The notes below the pieces were generated by a model. It was given only the letters and a program-made list of their open reading frames with translations. It was not told where the DNA came from and ran no database searches. From contig CAINYB010000007.1 in the NCBI GenBank assembly GCA_903855135.1, forward strand, positions 8,402 through 72,401: DNA of 64,000 nucleotides, given 5' to 3'. The position numbers and the translations under genes were made by a program. This document shows positions 57,983 through 64,000 of this stretch, in pieces (position 1 is the stretch's first letter; each line of letters begins with the position of its first letter). The stretch comes from an uncultured bacterium (GTDB lineage Bacteria; Patescibacteriota; Patescibacteriia; UBA1558; GWA2-36-10).

Positions 57983-58126
57983 TTCGTTCAAACAAATTAG
58001 AAAAATCTAAAAAAGTTGAGATGAAATTTGTGACTATTCTTAGCTTTTTTTGTTTGCTAAAAAATTAAAGGCTACTTATATTTCCCCGCCTTCCCCGCGC
58101 ACGCGGGGACCAGGAAATTATGCTAA

Positions 58127-58915
58127 TTACTTAACTGGCTTAAACTTCTTGGCCATAAAAATAATTGCTACTAAAATTACTAGCAAACTTACTAACTGTG
58201 GCAAACGAAAGCCAAATAATAAAGGCGTGGGATCGATACGGACAAACTCTAAACTAAATCTAATCAAAGAATATCCTCCCAGATAAAGCCAAGTAATAGT
58301 GCCGAGAGGCAATTTTTTTTTGCTTAAAAAATATAAAACTAAAAATAAAACTAAATTTAAAATTGACTCATAAAAAAACGTCGGGTGAAAATAAGTAAAA
58401 TTTTCAAAACCTACTACTCTATTTTCTGAACTAATCTGTATAGCGTACCAAGCCTCAAGTGGCTTGCCAAATAATTCTTGATTAAAATAATTCCCCCAAC
58501 GACCAATACTTTGACCTAAAATCAAAGCCGGCGCTAACCAATCACTCAATTGATAAAAAGCTAATTTATATTTTTTAGCAAAAATTAGTAACGTAAAAAT
58601 ACTAGCTAAAATTGCCCCCTGAATCGCTAAACCACCTTGCCAAATTTGAAAAATTTCTAAGAAATGATGCTGATAATAAGCCCAGTTAAAAAACAAGACA
58701 TGGTAAAAACGAGCACCGATAATACTAAATAATACTAAATAAAAAAACAACTCATTAGCTTGTTCAATTTTCAGCTTGGTTTTATTTTTGGCAATTGCTT
58801 GGGCATAAAAAACCGCTACTAAAATAGCTGTTGCTACAATCAAGCCATAATAATAAACATGGAATGGCCCAAAGGCAAAAAACAATTTTGAAGGCAAACT
58901 ATCGTGCCACCACAT
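58127..58915 (-). CDS. lgt: Prolipoprotein diacylglyceryl transferase
   Basis: Lgt signature GQSIGRWGNYFNQELFGKP; 7-TM profile; terminator hairpin 58062-58100 downstream. Confidence 0.85.
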   Translation of the reverse strand: MWWHDSLPSKLFFAFGPFHVYYYGLIVATAILVAVFYAQAIAKNKTKLKIEQANELFFYLVLFSIIGARFYHVLFFNWAYYQHHFLEIFQIWQGGLAIQGAILASIFTLLIFAKKYKLAFYQLSDWLAPALILGQSIGRWGNYFNQELFGKPLEAWYAIQISSENRVVGFENFTYFHPTFFYESILNLVLFLVLYFLSKKKLPLGTITWLYLGGYSLIRFSLEFVRIDPTPLLFGFRLPQLVSLLVILVAIIFMAKKFKPVK

Positions 58916-59685
58916 TAAATTTCTTGCTTAAGAATGAAACCAATCACTTCCTCCCAAAGATCCATCGGTACCGCATGACCAATTAACTGACCATTTACTA
59001 CATAGCTTGGCGTGCCAGGTACACCAAGGTTCACACCCTGAGCATAATCTTGACGAATCTCTTGAGAAAATTTTTCACTATCTAAACAAGCATCAAAAGT
59101 AGTTTTGTCTAAACCAAGTTGAGCAGCATAAGCTTTGAGTTCTGGTTTAGAAAATTTACCCTGATTAGCAAACAATAAGTCATGATACTCCCAAAACTTT
59201 TTTTGTTCATTAGCACAATTCGCAGCGAGATGAGCATTAAAAACATTTTCGTGCAAACCTTCAGTCGGAAAATCTTTAAAAACAAATTTAACTAGTGGTC
59301 CAAATTTATCTAACATCGCTTTCAAGTCTTGCTGGTTATCTTTACTATAAGGACAAGCAAAACTTTGATAAGCCACTACATAAACTAATGGCTCATCAGT
59401 GCCTGTAGCAGGATCATCTTCAGTCAAAACTGCACTAGCCGCTTTTTGGTTCTGCTCATAGTCAGCCGCCGTCACCCAAGTCAAAGTAGTTTTATCAAAT
59501 ATATCACCCCGGTAAATATGTAATAAATTATTAGCTATCAAGCCAGCTACCCAAAGCACACAAACAACTATCAAACCAGCACCCAATAAGGTCCATTTCC
59601 CCCAACGGCGCTGATACCAAGCTTTAAAATAGCTTTGTGCTTTAGCCTGCTTGACTCGCTCCTCTATTTTATTTTTTATGCCCAT
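58915..59685 (-). CDS. DsbA/BdbD-like thiol:disulfide oxidoreductase, membrane-anchored
   Basis: N-terminal TM; thioredoxin-fold CPYS (CxxC) active site. Confidence 0.65.
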   Translation of the reverse strand: MGIKNKIEERVKQAKAQSYFKAWYQRRWGKWTLLGAGLIVVCVLWVAGLIANNLLHIYRGDIFDKTTLTWVTAADYEQNQKAASAVLTEDDPATGTDEPLVYVVAYQSFACPYSKDNQQDLKAMLDKFGPLVKFVFKDFPTEGLHENVFNAHLAANCANEQKKFWEYHDLLFANQGKFSKPELKAYAAQLGLDKTTFDACLDSEKFSQEIRQDYAQGVNLGVPGTPSYVVNGQLIGHAVPMDLWEEVIGFILKQEI

Positions 59686-59726
59686 ATTTTTATATTTATT
59701 TATTCTAAATTTTCTCTTAACAAATC

Positions 59727-61160
59727 TTAAATATTTTGTTCAATAAAGTTTCCTAAACTAAATAATTTTTCTTCTTGAAAACTATCAGCTAAAAGCTGGA
59801 TACCGATTGGCAAATTATTTTCATCTACTCCCATTGGTAAACTTAATCCACAGATACCAGCGATATTAGCACTAACTGTAAAAATATCTGCTAAATACAT
59901 ACTTAAAGGATCTGCTAATTTTTCTCCAAGCTTAAAAGCAGTCGTAGGAGTAGTCGGCGTCAACAAGACATCTACTTTAGCAAAAACTTTTTGAAAATCT
60001 TGTTTAATCACAGTACGTAATTTTTGCGCTTGTTTATAATAAGCATCATAATAGCCAGCCGACAAAATATAAGTGCCAAGCATAATACGACGTTTACTTT
60101 CTGCAGAAAATCCTGCCGCCCGCACTTTTTTATACCAGTCATCAAGATTTAAATCATTATTTTCGTGATGACCAAAACGTAAACCATCAAGTCGCGCTAA
60201 ATTTGAACTCACCTCTGCTGGCATCAAAATATAATAAGCAGCTAAGGCATATTCAGTATAAGGCAAAGAAACTTTTTCCACAACTATTTTTTGTTCCTGT
60301 AAAAAATCAATCGTTTTATCTAAGGCTTGTTTAATACTTGGAGCTAAGGCATCACTAAAATATTCTTTAGGCAAACCAACTTTTAATTTACGTGGCTCTT
60401 GATTTTTTAATAAGCTAAAATAATCTGGTACAACATTATAGCTCGCGCTTAAATCGTATTTATCGCGGCCGGCCATGATTTGCAATAAATAAGCCGCGTC
60501 TTTAACGCTCTTGCTAAATGGCCCAATCTGATCTAAAGACGAGGCCATAGCCATCGAGCCATAGCGAGAAACTCGTCCGTAGCTTGGCTTTAAACCTACT
60601 AAACCGCAAAAAGCAGCCGGCTGGCGGATAGATCCACCCGTGTCTGTTCCTAAGGCTATCGGCGCTAAATCAGCCGCTATAGCAGCTGCTGAGCCGCCAG
60701 AAGAGCCGCCAGGCACCCGGCTAGTATCGTGAGGATTTAAAACTGGCCCAAACGCTGAGTTTTCATTAGAAGCTCCCATGGCAAACTCATCACAATTTGT
60801 TTTACCTAAAATAATCGCTCCTTGATCCTCTAATTTTTTTATTGCTGTGGCTGTATAAGGCGCAATATAATTTTCTAGCATCTTGGAAGCGCCAGTTGCT
60901 CTTTGGCCTTTAACTAATAGAATGTCTTTGATGGCGATAGGCACACCAGTTAATTTTGCCATCTCACCTTGAGCAATTTTACTATCTGCTTTTTTTGCCT
61001 CTGCTAAAACCTGATCATTTATAGAAATAAAAGCATTAAGCTTATCATTTTTTATTTTATCCAAATAATAGCTTGTTAATTCAAAACTAGAAAAAGTTTT
61101 ATTTTTAAAACCAGCTAAAATTTGCTCAATATTTAAATTACTAAATTTATTTTCTGTCAT
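59727..61160 (-). CDS. gatA: Glutamyl-tRNA(Gln) amidotransferase subunit A
   Basis: Amidase signature GGSSGGSAAA; Ser-cisSer-Lys triad context; start placed at MTENK (the tracked ORF extends into the direct repeat). Confidence 0.9.
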   Translation of the reverse strand: MTENKFSNLNIEQILAGFKNKTFSSFELTSYYLDKIKNDKLNAFISINDQVLAEAKKADSKIAQGEMAKLTGVPIAIKDILLVKGQRATGASKMLENYIAPYTATAIKKLEDQGAIILGKTNCDEFAMGASNENSAFGPVLNPHDTSRVPGGSSGGSAAAIAADLAPIALGTDTGGSIRQPAAFCGLVGLKPSYGRVSRYGSMAMASSLDQIGPFSKSVKDAAYLLQIMAGRDKYDLSASYNVVPDYFSLLKNQEPRKLKVGLPKEYFSDALAPSIKQALDKTIDFLQEQKIVVEKVSLPYTEYALAAYYILMPAEVSSNLARLDGLRFGHHENNDLNLDDWYKKVRAAGFSAESKRRIMLGTYILSAGYYDAYYKQAQKLRTVIKQDFQKVFAKVDVLLTPTTPTTAFKLGEKLADPLSMYLADIFTVSANIAGICGLSLPMGVDENNLPIGIQLLADSFQEEKLFSLGNFIEQNI

Positions 61161-61170
61161 ACTTTTATAC

Positions 61171-61233
61171 ATTGTCATGCTGAACTTGTTTCAGCATTTC
61201 TTGTTGTCATGCTGAACTTGTTTCAGCATCTCT
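61171..61233. repeat. 61-bp direct repeat (left) flanking the GIY-YIG insertion; internally a tandem duplication of gtcatgctgaacttgtttcagcat
   Basis: Identical to 61583-61644 except one g/a change. Confidence 0.75.
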
Positions 61234-61236
61234 TAT

Positions 61237-61521
61237 TTACAAATCTATACTTAAATCTTTCCAGTTTGGATTTTGTTGATTAATCAAATTTATTTTCCAT
61301 TGTCTATGCCATCTTTTTAATTGTTTCTCTCTTTCTAGAGCATCTACAATATTATTCGTTATCTCCAAATATATTAATTTATCTACATTATATTTAGCGG
61401 TAAATCCTTTTATTATTTTTTCTTTGTGTTCTTTTATCCTTCTATAAATATTATTGGTTACACCAATATATAAAACATTATTATTTTGATTTGTCAGAAT
61501 ATAAACGTAATATTCTTTCAT
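61237..61521 (-). CDS. GIY-YIG nuclease domain protein (stand-alone, UPF0213-like)
   Basis: 94 aa; YVYILTN...LYIGVTNN...R..EH (GIY-YIG core). Confidence 0.7.
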   Translation of the reverse strand: MKEYYVYILTNQNNNVLYIGVTNNIYRRIKEHKEKIIKGFTAKYNVDKLIYLEITNNIVDALEREKQLKRWHRQWKINLINQQNPNWKDLSIDL

Positions 61522-61582
61522 ATATGCTTTTCTTCATTTATTTTTAGATCCTGAAATAAATTCAGGATGACTATTTACTTAT

Positions 61583-61644
61583 ATTGTCATACTGAACTTG
61601 TTTCAGCATTTCTTGTTGTCATGCTGAACTTGTTTCAGCATCTA
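61583..61644. repeat. 61-bp direct repeat (right) flanking the GIY-YIG insertion
   Basis: See the left repeat; overlaps the gatC stop codon. Confidence 0.75.
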
Positions 61645-61986
61645 TTTTTTTGTCCGCCTCGCGTCGAAGCGGGCTAATACTTGCGGAACTACTAAGTAGT
61701 CGTCTTCAACTTTTACAAATTGATCCTTAATACTTGCATCACTTTGACCCACCTCATCGGCTCTTAATAAATATTTCCCCCCAGATTTTTCCCCGGTCGG
61801 GGAAAAATCTGAAAATCCTAGTTCACTGATAAAAGGCTCAACATTTTTTAAATTTAAACTAGTCAATTTATCAAAATATGCCAAAACATCACTTAACTGG
61901 TTAGGAAAAGCTGCGATCTCTTCAGCACTTAATTCTAGCTTAGCTAAATTAGCAATTTTTAAAATTTCTTCTTTATTTAAACTCAT
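61642..61986 (-). CDS. gatC: Glutamyl-tRNA(Gln) amidotransferase subunit C (with C-terminal extension)
   Basis: N-terminal EEILKIANLAKLELSAEEIAAF GatC fold; immediately downstream of ligA and upstream of gatA. Confidence 0.8.
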   Translation of the reverse strand: MSLNKEEILKIANLAKLELSAEEIAAFPNQLSDVLAYFDKLTSLNLKNVEPFISELGFSDFSPTGEKSGGKYLLRADEVGQSDASIKDQFVKVEDDYLVVPQVLARFDARRTKK

Positions 61987-61987
61987 A

Positions 61988-63988
<2,001 letters not shown>

Positions 63989-64000
63989 TTAAAAACCCTT

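Noticed and set aside
57786-57995. Minus-strand 69-aa ORF
   Set aside because: It is antisense to tRNA-Asp and its structured trailer, so it is spurious.

Overview
This is a low-GC, AT-rich bacterial window with short intergenic spacers. It is dominated by housekeeping genes: dnaE, ligA, mfd, gatCAB, thrS, cysS, guaB, gap, rpsB-tsf, rpmE, prfA-prmC, infC-rpmI-rplT, smpB plus tmRNA, lgt, SEDS, and a dCMP deaminase-kinase-thyA-folA-dut-tdk-tmk block. The gene content looks Patescibacteria/CPR-like, which is an inference. The six-frame ORF track misses several things: tmRNA (ssrA) directly after smpB, tRNA-Asp(GUC), and several sub-60-aa ORFs.

The most unusual feature is a self-contained minus-strand operon at about 9.38-12.83 kb, of visibly higher GC than its neighbours, with its own sigma70-like promoter and intrinsic terminator. 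It encodes a leader mini-ORF, an RNHCP-type zinc-ribbon protein, two adjacent radical-SAM/SPASM enzymes, a YkgJ-like Cys-rich protein and a translationally coupled 43-aa Lys/Thr/Pro-rich ORF. It sits immediately downstream of an ABC-2 type exporter. I propose it as a candidate, uncharacterised peptide-modification (RiPP-like) system.

Other notable signals:
- a conserved, covarying structured 3' trailer module after both tmRNA and tRNA-Asp;
- an ~85-nt repeat family, one copy lodged in the loop of the rplT terminator;
- a GIY-YIG gene flanked by 61-bp direct repeats inserted between gatC and gatA;
- a ~210-nt GC-rich candidate ncRNA with a perfect terminator;
- a duplicated promoter module;
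- small high-GC ORF cassettes with a palindromic operator;
- a T-box-like motif upstream of thrS;
- a phage-T4-like thymidylate module.

All calls are from reading the sequence; no database search was run.
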